A program made the position numbers and the translations under genes. Under the pieces are notes generated by a model that was given only the letters and a program-made list of their open reading frames with translations, searched no databases and was not told the origin of the DNA. From positions 6,481,112 through 6,545,111 of the forward strand of contig CBDHGC010000004.1 of assembly GCA_965262925.1 (NCBI GenBank): a stretch of DNA of 64,000 bases. The letters are read 5' to 3'. Positions within the stretch are counted from its first letter, which is position 1. Every line of letters begins with the position of its first letter. Positions 44,768 to 53,101 of this stretch are shown one piece after another. The DNA is from Vicinamibacterales bacterium (lineage in GTDB: Bacteria > Acidobacteriota > Vicinamibacteria > Vicinamibacterales > UBA8438).

Positions 44768-46018
44768 TCACGGCGTCCCCCGTCCCTTCCAGGTTCCCTG
44801 CGCCACCGCCGGCACGAACGCGTCGAGTCCGTCCGGCCGAAACGGCAGCGTCCGCCCCTGCTCGGCGCTCATGTAGGCGGTCATCAGCAGCTCGACCACC
44901 TCGACCCCGTCGTCGAACGTCACGTCCGGGGTCTCCTCGCGCAGGAACGCCCGCACCATGTGGCGGTTCTCCGCGGTGTAGCCGTACTCGGCCGTCTCGT
45001 CGACCACCACCGGCATCAAGCCGACCTCGGCGTTCTGCTTCTCTACCAGGTCCTCGCCCGCCGCGCCCCGCACCTCGCGGCTGAAGAACAGCTTCACGCC
45101 ACTGTCGAGCGAGTTGACGGCCAACGAGTACTCGGGACCGAGCAGCTCCATGCTCAGCCGCAGCCCGGCCCCGACGTAGCTCCACGAAGTGCTGGCCTCC
45201 CCGATCAGCGGCGCCCCGTCGTCCGCCTCGTACTCGATGGTGACGCCGGCGAAGTCTTCGGCCGGCCGGGTGGCGTAGTCGACGGCCGCCCCCATGGTCC
45301 GCCGCAGCCGGTCGCTGTACTCGGGTCGGCTCCACTTCAGCGACGCGATGCGTCCGGTCACACCCCGCGGCCGGATGGAGGCGCGCGGCGCGCCGGGCGC
45401 GGTCAGCAGGTGCCGCACCACCTCGACCGAGTGGCACGCCATGTCGTTCAGCACCCCGCCGCCCTGCAGGTCGCCCCGCCAGAACCACGGGCTGTGCGGC
45501 CCGCTGTGCTCCTCGGCGGCGCGGGCCAGGTACGGCCGCCCGGTCAGGGCGGCGCCGCGCCGCCAGATCAGCTCCCGGCCGCGAGTCACCGCCGGCGCGA
45601 AGAGTTGATTCTCCAGGTAACCGTGCCGCAGACCCGCCCGCTCGGCCAGCGCGAGCATCCGCTTGGCCTCGGCCACAGTGCGCGCGAGCGGCTTCTCGCA
45701 GGCGACGCCGCGCAACGACGCGCCAGCGGTCACGGCGGCGCAGACCGCCTCCAGGTTCGCGACCCGCGCGTGGTTCGGCCCGCAGATCCAGACGGCATCG
45801 ACCGTCGGATCGGCCACCAGCGCCTCGATGGACGGAAACGCGCGTGCCTCCCCCACGTCGAGCTCGCGCGCCAGCGCCGCGGCCGACTCGGCGTGCCCGG
45901 CGTTCGGGCTCCAGCATCCGCGCACGTCGGCGTCACGTACCCCGACCAGGGACCGGATGTGAAAGCGGGTGATGAACCCGCTGCCGATGAAGCCGATGCC
46001 GAGGCGCCGGAAGGTCAC
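44768..46018 (-). CDS. Gfo/Idh/MocA-family oxidoreductase
   Basis: IGFIGSGFITRFH Rossmann N-terminus and ACEKPLA motif. 416 aa. Confidence 0.88.
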   Translation of the reverse strand: MTFRRLGIGFIGSGFITRFHIRSLVGVRDADVRGCWSPNAGHAESAAALARELDVGEARAFPSIEALVADPTVDAVWICGPNHARVANLEAVCAAVTAGASLRGVACEKPLARTVAEAKRMLALAERAGLRHGYLENQLFAPAVTRGRELIWRRGAALTGRPYLARAAEEHSGPHSPWFWRGDLQGGGVLNDMACHSVEVVRHLLTAPGAPRASIRPRGVTGRIASLKWSRPEYSDRLRRTMGAAVDYATRPAEDFAGVTIEYEADDGAPLIGEASTSWSYVGAGLRLSMELLGPEYSLAVNSLDSGVKLFFSREVRGAAGEDLVEKQNAEVGLMPVVVDETAEYGYTAENRHMVRAFLREETPDVTFDDGVEVVELLMTAYMSAEQGRTLPFRPDGLDAFVPAVAQGTWKGRGTP

Positions 46019-46052
46019 GTCGCGGACAGGCTACTGCAGGGGAGCGGCGCGC

Positions 46053-46204
46053 TCAAGATCCGACCCGGCGCGCCGACTGTCGATCGTTGCTGTAGATCTC
46101 CGTCAGCCCATGCTCGCGGGCAGACAGCAGGTGGACGACACCTGCTCCCAGCCCGGCTCCGCGACGTAGCACTTGAGTACGTACGCCGTGTCGAAGTACG
46201 TCAT
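46053..46204 (-). pseudogene. VapC (PIN) toxin remnant with internal deletion
   Basis: N-terminal MTYFDTAYVLKCYVAEPGWEQV (ATG overlapping the antitoxin stop) and, in another frame, C-terminal VVHLLSAREHGLTEIYSNDRQ. Only ~50 of ~130 codons remain. Confidence 0.6.
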
Positions 46205-46443
46205 CCGCGATCCCGGTCGTCGGACACGTCAGCCGTAGAATCGCCGGGGACCGCGGGCAAGGCTTCGAACTCGGGCAGTAGAATGCGGTCGCGAAACGAC
46301 CGGCCCGCATCACCCTCGCGAAACGGAACCAGAGACGCCACGGGACGCCCTCGCTCGGTAACGACAACGCCCTCGCCACGCGCTGAGCGGCGCACCCATT
46401 CGCCCGTCTTCATGTGCAGGTCGCGAATCCCGATGCGCTCCAT
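46201..46443 (-). CDS. Phd/YefM-type antitoxin
   Basis: MERIGIRDLHMKTGEWVRRSARGEGVVVTERGRPVASLVPF, the typical Phd N-terminal fold signature. 80 aa. Confidence 0.75.
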   Translation of the reverse strand: MERIGIRDLHMKTGEWVRRSARGEGVVVTERGRPVASLVPFREGDAGRSFRDRILLPEFEALPAVPGDSTADVSDDRDRG

Positions 46444-46541
46444 TTGCACCAATGTGATACATCGTGCCGAACGGGTCAACGTGCCGAGGTCCCGCCGGAT
46501 GCGGCCTTGCTCCGACCGAAGCGATACCGCATGATGCGGAC

Positions 46542-46727
46542 ATGGAACCCGGGCAGGCCGACCGGTCGCTCGTGGAGCGCGTGAAGCGGGCGCTGGAGCC
46601 CCGGGTAGAGATCCTGGAGGCCTGTCTGTTCGGTTCGCACGCCCGCGGGGATGCGCACGGCCAAAGCGACATCGACATCGCCGTCTACGTCGACGAAGCC
46701 CGCACCGAGGCCGGTCAATTCGGATAA
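46542..46727 (+). pseudogene. MNT-type minimal nucleotidyltransferase (antitoxin-like), 3'-truncated
   Basis: GSHARGDAHGQSDIDIAVYV motif. The frame ends after ~60 aa exactly at the GC-to-AT composition break at ~46720. Confidence 0.6.
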
Positions 46728-47262
46728 AGCCCTCGTCAAAGCGCTTGGTGAGGTCGTGCATGAACCACTTGAAGTCCCCCTGAAAGACGACGTGCCTGTG
46801 CTCTTCCGGGTTGAGCGGCACGGTATACGAATTGATGCGTCGGAATGTCTCACGAATCTGGTCCGGAGTAGCCCCAACCATCAGATCGACGGCTAGTCCG
46901 TAGTCAAGAAAGCGTTTACGGTCATCCTCTTCGAGCTCCTCCAGACTACGACCTGCAAACCTGTCTTCTTCACTATGCCTCGAAATCCGGAACTCTCCGT
47001 CAAAATACGACAGGATGGCCCGGCTTCTCTGCTGACCATCCACAATCTCCTTGTGAGACCGTCGTGTCCTCAGGTCCGTGTGCTGCGAGAGAAGCAACTT
47101 CGGGATAGGATAGTCGAGAAGAATCGTTTCGATCAAGAAGGACTTGGCAGCCGGTGGCCACACTTTGTCACTTCGCTGGTAGTTGCGATTTATCCGTACT
47201 TCGTTCGACTTGATGTCATTACAGAAATCGACGACCGGTATTCGTTGATTGTTTATGTTCAC
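46716..47262 (-). pseudogene. DUF262 (ParB-like nuclease, GmrSD/type IV restriction-like N-domain) gene, 3'-truncated
   Basis: AAGGAG then GTG at 47262. NYQRSDKVW...LIETILLDYPIPKLLL...IVDGQQRSRAI (DGQQR motif). Homology stops at ~46716, where it abuts the truncated MNT gene. Lower GC than the surroundings. Confidence 0.65.
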
Positions 47263-47508
47263 AAGACCTACTCCTTGCACCCCACAGGCAAACTTTACCA
47301 CACAGCAGTTCGGCCGCCAAGTGCAACGATGCGGCCAAGAGTGGATACAATGAAATCCAACACAGCCCTGAACTTGGTCGCCACAAGCCCGAAGATCTTC
47401 GAGGTCTACGGCGTTGTAAGACTCTCGCACACGACATCAGCCGCTTCGGAGCCAGCACGAGTCGTAGTGCCAGTCACTCGGTGGAGCACCTCGCACGGTT
47501 CATGCTGG

Positions 47509-48475
47509 TTAGTGCCTGCCTCGACTCTCGCATGGGTCGGCAAACCTCCGGTTTCTGGGCCGCAGACGCTGCAATCCCTGTTCGAAATACACAGGGTCGA
47601 CCTCGATTCCGAGGGTGTTCCTGCCGCACGCGGCAGCAGCCACTTGCGTGGAGGCCGTTCCGGTGAAGGGGTCGAGCACGGTGTCTCCCACGAAGCTGAA
47701 CATCCGAATGAGACGATCGGCCAGGGCGACCGGATAGGGGGCGGGATGGTCCCTCGTCGACGCCCCTGCGATGTCGGTCCAGATCTGTCGGAACATGGTC
47801 CTGAAGCTCGCCTCCGACAGCAGGCTGAGGGTACGCGAAGGACGGCTCGGGCGCCGGTAGCCGCCCGGCTTCCGCTGCATCAGGATGAACTCGACGTCGT
47901 TCTTTATCACGGCGTTGGGCTCGTACGGCTTGCCCAGGAAACCGCCGGTGCCCCGCTCCACCTCGTGCGCCGCGTTCGCGATCTTGTGCCAGATGATCGG
48001 CGCGAGGTTGTCGAACCCGAGCGCCCGGCAGCGCTCCTGGATGGAAGCGTGTAGGGGAACGACGGTATGCCGGCCGCCGTTCCTTCTCCTTGACAGGCAG
48101 ACATCACCGACGACGCAGATCAGCCGTCCCCCGGGCACCAGCGCCCTGTGACACATGCGCCAGACCTCGTCGAGCTGGTTCGAGAAACTCGTCGTAGTCG
48201 GCGACCCAGCCCAGTTGGCCCGCCGAACGGCGGTACTCCTTCAGGGTCCAGTACGGCGGCGAGGTCAGGACGAGGTGGACCGACTCCGACGGCAGAACGG
48301 CGCGGCGGGCGTCTCCCAGCAACAGCCGGTGACGCGTCGGCACCTGCGCCACCGCAGCCCCGATCTTCGCCATCGCGGAGGGATCCTTCGCGAGCCGCGG
48401 CAGATCCCGCGCCGGGTCCTCCAGATGCCGGTACGGCTCCGAGACGAAAGCATCGATTGGCGCGTCGGCGTTCAT
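47509..48475 (-). pseudogene. Beta-class DNA methyltransferase (SPPY motif; N4-C or N6-A), one frameshift
   Basis: N-part VHLVLTSPPYWTLKEY...DYDEFL (frame of ORF 48104-48508). C-part HRALVPGGRL...DPFTGTASTQVAA (FxGxG-like) in the frame of ORF 47509-48156. The frames switch at ~48150-48170. Confidence 0.65.
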
Positions 48476-48530
48476 GTCGCTTGCGTCCCAGGAGCCCGAT
48501 CGACCCAATACTCCGCCGAACGTCGGGGCC

Positions 48531-49700
48531 TCAGTACTTCGGCAGCGACGAGTCGACGGCGTCGATCCAGCGCAGAATGCCGCCGCGCAGGTTCTTCGCC
48601 TGCGCGAAACCCGCCTCGCGGAGCAGCTTGACCGCCTTGGCGCTGCGCACGCCCGACTTGCAGTGGACGATCATCTCGCCGCGCCCCTCGAGCTCGTGGA
48701 GGCGGCTGGGGAGGTCGCCGAGCGGGATCAGCGTCGAGCCGGGTATGGCGCAGATCTGGTACTCCTGCGGCTCGCGCACGTCGAGGATGAAGACGCCGTC
48801 GCGGCCGTCGAGGCGCGCCTTGAGTTGCTCGACCGTGGCGTCGTCCGCGGCGCCGGCGGCCGGCTCGGGAGCCGGGGCGGACGGGGTGATGCCGCAGAAC
48901 TGCTCGTAGTCGATCAGCTCGGTGACGGTGGGGCTGTCGCCGCAGACCGGGCAGTCCGGGTCCTTGCGCAGCTTCAGCTCGCGGAAGCGCATGCGGAGCG
49001 CGTCGTAGACCAGGAAGCGGCCGACGAGCGGCTCGCCGACGCCCATGATCAGCTTGACCGCCTCGGTCGCCTGGATGGTGCCGACCACGCCGGGCAGGAT
49101 CCCGAGCACCCCGCCCTCGGCGCAGCTCGGCACGAGACCGGGCGGCGGCGGCTCCGGGTAGAGGCAGCGGTAGCACGGCCCGTCCTTGGCCGCGAAGACC
49201 GAGGCCTGCCCCTCGAAGCGGAAGATGCTGCCGTAGGCGTTCGGAATGCCGAGGATCACGCAGGCGTCGTTGACCAGATAGCGGGTCGGAAAGTTGTCCG
49301 TGCCGTCGACGATCACGTCGTAACCGCGGAGCACGTCGAGCGCGTTGCTCGACGAGAGCGCCACGTCGTGGGTCTCGATGTGCACCTCGGGATTGATGGC
49401 GTTCAGCGTGTCGCGCGCCGAATCGAGCTTCGAGCGCCCCACGTCCGGCGTCCCGTGGATCACCTGCCGCTGCAGATTGCTGTAGTCGACCACGTCGAAA
49501 TCGACGATGCCGAGCCGGCCGACGCCGGCCGCGGCCAGGTACATCGCCACCGGCGAGCCGAGCCCCCCGGCGCCGATGCAGAGCACGCTGGCCGCCTTCA
49601 GCTTCAACTGCCCGTCCATGCCGACCTCCGGCATGATCAGGTGGCGGCTGTAACGGGCGACCTCCTGGTTGCTGAGCGCCGGCGGCGCGGCGACGGTCAT
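48531..49700 (-). CDS. MoeB/ThiF-type adenylyltransferase fused to rhodanese (MoeZ-like)
   Basis: YSRHLIMPEVG..GQ..L, CIGAGGLGSP, CYRCL...CPVCG, then a rhodanese domain with HCKSGVRS. Confidence 0.88.
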   Translation of the reverse strand: MTVAAPPALSNQEVARYSRHLIMPEVGMDGQLKLKAASVLCIGAGGLGSPVAMYLAAAGVGRLGIVDFDVVDYSNLQRQVIHGTPDVGRSKLDSARDTLNAINPEVHIETHDVALSSSNALDVLRGYDVIVDGTDNFPTRYLVNDACVILGIPNAYGSIFRFEGQASVFAAKDGPCYRCLYPEPPPPGLVPSCAEGGVLGILPGVVGTIQATEAVKLIMGVGEPLVGRFLVYDALRMRFRELKLRKDPDCPVCGDSPTVTELIDYEQFCGITPSAPAPEPAAGAADDATVEQLKARLDGRDGVFILDVREPQEYQICAIPGSTLIPLGDLPSRLHELEGRGEMIVHCKSGVRSAKAVKLLREAGFAQAKNLRGGILRWIDAVDSSLPKY

Positions 49701-49981
49701 GACCGCACCCCCCCCGCCACCGACGGGATGATGCTGACGGTGTCGCCGTCCTTGAGCGGCGTCGCTTCCCTCTCCAGGAAACGGATGTCGTCGTCGTTGA
49801 CGTAGATGGCGACGAAGCTGCGCAGCTTGCCTTCCTCGTTGTAGAGGTGCTTGCGCAGATCCGAGTATCGCGCCGTCATGTTGGCGAGCAGCTCCCCGAC
49901 CGTCGCGCCCTCCGCCTCGACGACGTCCTGCTTGTCGGCGTAGACGCGCAACGGCGTCGGAATCAGAATCCTGGTTGGCAT
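49697..49981 (-). CDS. ThiS/MoaD-family sulfur carrier (CysO-like) ending ...AGGVRS
   Basis: 94 aa with beta-grasp pattern. The diglycine is followed by three extra residues. The start overlaps the JAMM gene and the stop overlaps the MoeZ-like gene. Confidence 0.8.
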   Translation of the reverse strand: MPTRILIPTPLRVYADKQDVVEAEGATVGELLANMTARYSDLRKHLYNEEGKLRSFVAIYVNDDDIRFLEREATPLKDGDTVSIIPSVAGGVRS

Positions 49982-50406
49982 GGTGTTTCCTCGATAGCGA
50001 CCTGCTCTTCGTCGAACGCCGACCGATCCTCGCGCAACCGCCACGAGGTCAGCGCGCCCGGCTCGCCGCCCGCGACCGCGACGATGACGTAGGCGAACAC
50101 CGGCCAGGCGTGGTCGAGGTCGTACTGCGACGGACGCGCCGGATGGTCCGGGTGCGAGTGATAGAAGCCCAGCAGGTCGGCGCCCAGCGCATCGGCCCGC
50201 TGCTCCGCCGCGCGGTAGTCGGCTGGCCGCACCCGGAACCGGCGCCGCGATCCCTCCTCGGTGGTGTTGGGCAGGGCCAGCGCCTCGACCACCCGGTCGT
50301 GCCGGCCGATGAGCGCCCCGCAGCACTCGTGCGGGTACGTCTCGCGGCCATGGCGCCGGATGCCGGCGTCGGCCTCGGCGCAGAGCGTCAGCATCGGTCG
50401 CCCCAC
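49963..50406 (-). CDS. JAMM/MPN+ metalloprotease (Mec-like)
   Basis: HECCG (Glu) and HSHPDHPARPSQYD (H-x-H-x7-S-x2-D) JAMM motif. Confidence 0.88.
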   Translation of the reverse strand: MGRPMLTLCAEADAGIRRHGRETYPHECCGALIGRHDRVVEALALPNTTEEGSRRRFRVRPADYRAAEQRADALGADLLGFYHSHPDHPARPSQYDLDHAWPVFAYVIVAVAGGEPGALTSWRLREDRSAFDEEQVAIEETPCQPGF

Positions 50407-50412
50407 GTCCGC

Positions 50413-51765
50413 TCAGTCCGACTCCGGCCCGGACTCGGTGACGAAGCCCTTGTCCCGCCACGCCAGCGTCCCGCCGGTGATGCTCCGCACGTTGCGATAG
50501 CCGAGCGACTTCAGGAACAGCAGCCCCGAGAGCGAGGCGTTCCCGCGCTGGCAGACGCTGAGAATCGGCGCGTCGCGATCCTCCGGGAGCCCGGCGTGAT
50601 TGTCCGGAAGCTCGGCGAGCGGCCGGTTGACGGCGCCCGGCACGTGCGCCTCCTCGTACTGCTTCCGCGGCCGGACGTCGAGCACGAAGGGCCTTCCGTT
50701 CTGCAACTGCGCGTGGGCCGCCTCGACGCCGATGGTCAGGTCGGGGTTGCCCCGCACGTTCTCCACCATGGTGTCGAGCAGCGGGTTGCGGGCCGGCGCG
50801 GCCGGCTTCGCCTCCTGCGCCACGAGCCCCGGCAGGTGCTTGACCACCGACGACGCGTACTTGAAGGCGTTGTCCGGGAAGATCACGACGACGACGCTCC
50901 CCGGCTCGTCCGGCACCAGCTCGAACGCCCCCTGCAGGGCCATCGCCGAGCTCGGTCCCGCGACGATGCTCTCCTCCCGGTTCAGGCGCAGGCAGAGATC
51001 GAACGCGGCCTGGTTGTGGACCTCGACCATGTCGTCGTACTCGTCCGGAAAGAACAGCTTCGTCTGCTTGAGTTGCCGGAAGCTGCGCACACCGGGAATG
51101 TCGTGCCCCTCGTTCGGATAGACGCCGAGCACCTTCACCTCCGGACGCCGGGCCTTGAGAAAGCGGCCCGTGCCCGTGATGGTGCCGCAGGTGCCGAGAC
51201 CGGCGACGAAGTGCGTGACGCTGCCCTGCGTCTGTTTCCAGATCTCCGGCCCCGTCGTCTTGTAGTGCGCCTCGGGGTTCGCCTCGTTGACGTACTGGTT
51301 GAGCATGTGAAAATCGGGACGACCCCCGATCTCCATCGCCTTCGCGATGGCCCCCTCCGGCGCCCCGGGAGCCGGACACAGGGTGTCGGCCAGCTCCATC
51401 ACGTCGGCGCCGAAGAACCGCAGCATGGTCCGCTTCTCGAGCGGGATCTCGCTCGACAGCGGCGTCGTCAGCGAGTAGCCCCTGGCGTTCGCGATCATCG
51501 CCAGCGCCATGCCGGTGTTCCCCGACGTCGGCTCCACCAGCTTCTGCTTCTCCTGCACCGTCTGCCGCGCCTCGCCGTCCGCGACGAGGTTGGCCGCGAC
51601 GCGGTCCTTGACCGCCCCGAACGGGTTGTACCACTCCAGCTTGCCGTAGACCCGCGTGTGGCGGAAGGGCGTCACCCGGTTCAGGCGGACCAGCGGCGTC
51701 GGATTGTCGGCGCCGGAAAGCAGACCGAGAATGGAGTCGTAGACGCGCAGCCCGTGGTCATCCAT
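50413..51765 (-). CDS. PLP-dependent cysteine synthase (CysM/CysK family) fused to C-terminal rhodanese
   Basis: NPFGAVKDR (PLP Lys), PTSGNTG, GLGTCGTITG. C-terminal rhodanese domain with CQRGNAS. Confidence 0.85.
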   Translation of the reverse strand: MDDHGLRVYDSILGLLSGADNPTPLVRLNRVTPFRHTRVYGKLEWYNPFGAVKDRVAANLVADGEARQTVQEKQKLVEPTSGNTGMALAMIANARGYSLTTPLSSEIPLEKRTMLRFFGADVMELADTLCPAPGAPEGAIAKAMEIGGRPDFHMLNQYVNEANPEAHYKTTGPEIWKQTQGSVTHFVAGLGTCGTITGTGRFLKARRPEVKVLGVYPNEGHDIPGVRSFRQLKQTKLFFPDEYDDMVEVHNQAAFDLCLRLNREESIVAGPSSAMALQGAFELVPDEPGSVVVVIFPDNAFKYASSVVKHLPGLVAQEAKPAAPARNPLLDTMVENVRGNPDLTIGVEAAHAQLQNGRPFVLDVRPRKQYEEAHVPGAVNRPLAELPDNHAGLPEDRDAPILSVCQRGNASLSGLLFLKSLGYRNVRSITGGTLAWRDKGFVTESGPESD

Positions 51766-51924
51766 ACCCCCCTGATCCTACCCGATCGCGGGGCCGGACC
51801 ACGCTCCCGGCGACCGCCTGCGCGGGACGCTCGGGGGCGAGGGCGGACCGGTGGCCGGGCGCAATATCGACGGTGCGCAACCGGCTCGGTTGGCGTATGG
51901 TACGGGCAACCAAGGAGAGTGACC

Positions 51925-53031
51925 ATGCGCGAGTGCCCGCACCGTTCCGCAACCGTGACGCGTCGCGACGCACTGAGACGGATCGGCGCCGTCGGCATGG
52001 GGATCGTCGCGGCTCCGGGGCTGACGGCCGCTCCCCTGTCTGCGGCGCGCCGGCAGGGCGGCGAGGGCGTGACGTTCCCCGACGGGGCGATCATCCGCAC
52101 CGTGCTCCGCGACATCGATCCCGAGGAGCTCGCCGGCGGAGCGACTCTCTTCCACGAGCACCTGTCCATCGGCGACCCGCTTCCACCCTGGGTGACTCCG
52201 CCGGAGGACCCCCGGTCGCCCTTCACCGCCGACCTCGACCTGATGGCCGACGAGGTGAACGCGACGGCGCAGGAAGGTGTGAGCTGCATCGTCAACGGCG
52301 GAACGAAGGACCTCGGCCAGAACTTCGAGCGCCTGCGCGCGCTGGCCGGGCGGGTGAACCTGCACATCGTCATGGCCGGCGGACTGTGGACGCAGCCGCG
52401 GTATCCACCGGAGATCGCGCGGCAGACCGAGGAGGAGGTGGCGGCGGACTTCCAGCGCGACGCCGTGGCGGAGCGCTGGGGCGGCATCGGCGAGATCGGC
52501 TCGTCGATGACGATGCATCCCGACGAACGGAAGGTGCTGCGCGCCAGTTGCCTGGTCCACCAGCGAACCGGGCTGCCGCTCTTCACGCACACCCCGCACG
52601 ACGGCTGCTCGTCGTGCGCGGTCGAACAGCTCGACATCATCGAGGAAATGGGCGTGGATCCGCGGCTCACCTGCATCGGACACCTCGCCGACATCCGGGA
52701 CGACCCGGGCGCCGAGGTGCACATCGCGCTGGCCCGGCGCGGCGCCTTCCTCGGCTTCGACACGGTGGGCCACCAGATCACGCAGGGCGACGCGGAGAAG
52801 GTGCGGATGATCGTGTCGGTCATCGACGCGGGGTACGAAGACCACGTGCTGCTGTCCGCGGACTTCGCCCGCGAGGCGGAGCTGAAAGCGAAGGGCGGCG
52901 CGGGCTATTCCTCCGTCGTGACGATCTTCGTGCCCAAGCTGCGCTACGCGGGGGTGCCGGAGGAGACGATCCAGAAGATCCTGGTGGACAACCCGCGACG
53001 GTTCCTGGCTTTCGTGCCGCAGGACGCGTAA
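51925..53031 (+). CDS. Phosphotriesterase-family metal hydrolase with Tat-type signal
   Basis: AAGGAG then ATG 51925. TRRDALRRIG twin-arginine signal. TLFHEHL metal-binding motif. Confidence 0.82.
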   Translation: MRECPHRSATVTRRDALRRIGAVGMGIVAAPGLTAAPLSAARRQGGEGVTFPDGAIIRTVLRDIDPEELAGGATLFHEHLSIGDPLPPWVTPPEDPRSPFTADLDLMADEVNATAQEGVSCIVNGGTKDLGQNFERLRALAGRVNLHIVMAGGLWTQPRYPPEIARQTEEEVAADFQRDAVAERWGGIGEIGSSMTMHPDERKVLRASCLVHQRTGLPLFTHTPHDGCSSCAVEQLDIIEEMGVDPRLTCIGHLADIRDDPGAEVHIALARRGAFLGFDTVGHQITQGDAEKVRMIVSVIDAGYEDHVLLSADFAREAELKAKGGAGYSSVVTIFVPKLRYAGVPEETIQKILVDNPRRFLAFVPQDA

Positions 53032-53101
53032 GGCGCAGTCGTGCCGTGACGGCCGAGTCGAAAGCACCGCTGCAGGAAGCCCGTTGTTTCAGGAGATGAC
53101 C

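Noticed and set aside
44340-45917. 525-aa minus-strand ORF spanning the oxidoreductase gene
   Set aside because: Only its last 131 codons (from ATG 44735) are real, forming the N-terminus of the frameshifted dehydrogenase gene. The remainder is an alternative frame of the Gfo/Idh/MocA gene.
49975-53031. 1018-aa plus-strand ORF, and the 713-aa minus-strand ORF 52820-54961
   Set aside because: Only the last 368 codons (from ATG 51925, with an RBS) form the real phosphotriesterase-family gene. The rest is antisense to mec and cysM. ORF 52820-54961 is antisense to the PQQ dehydrogenase.
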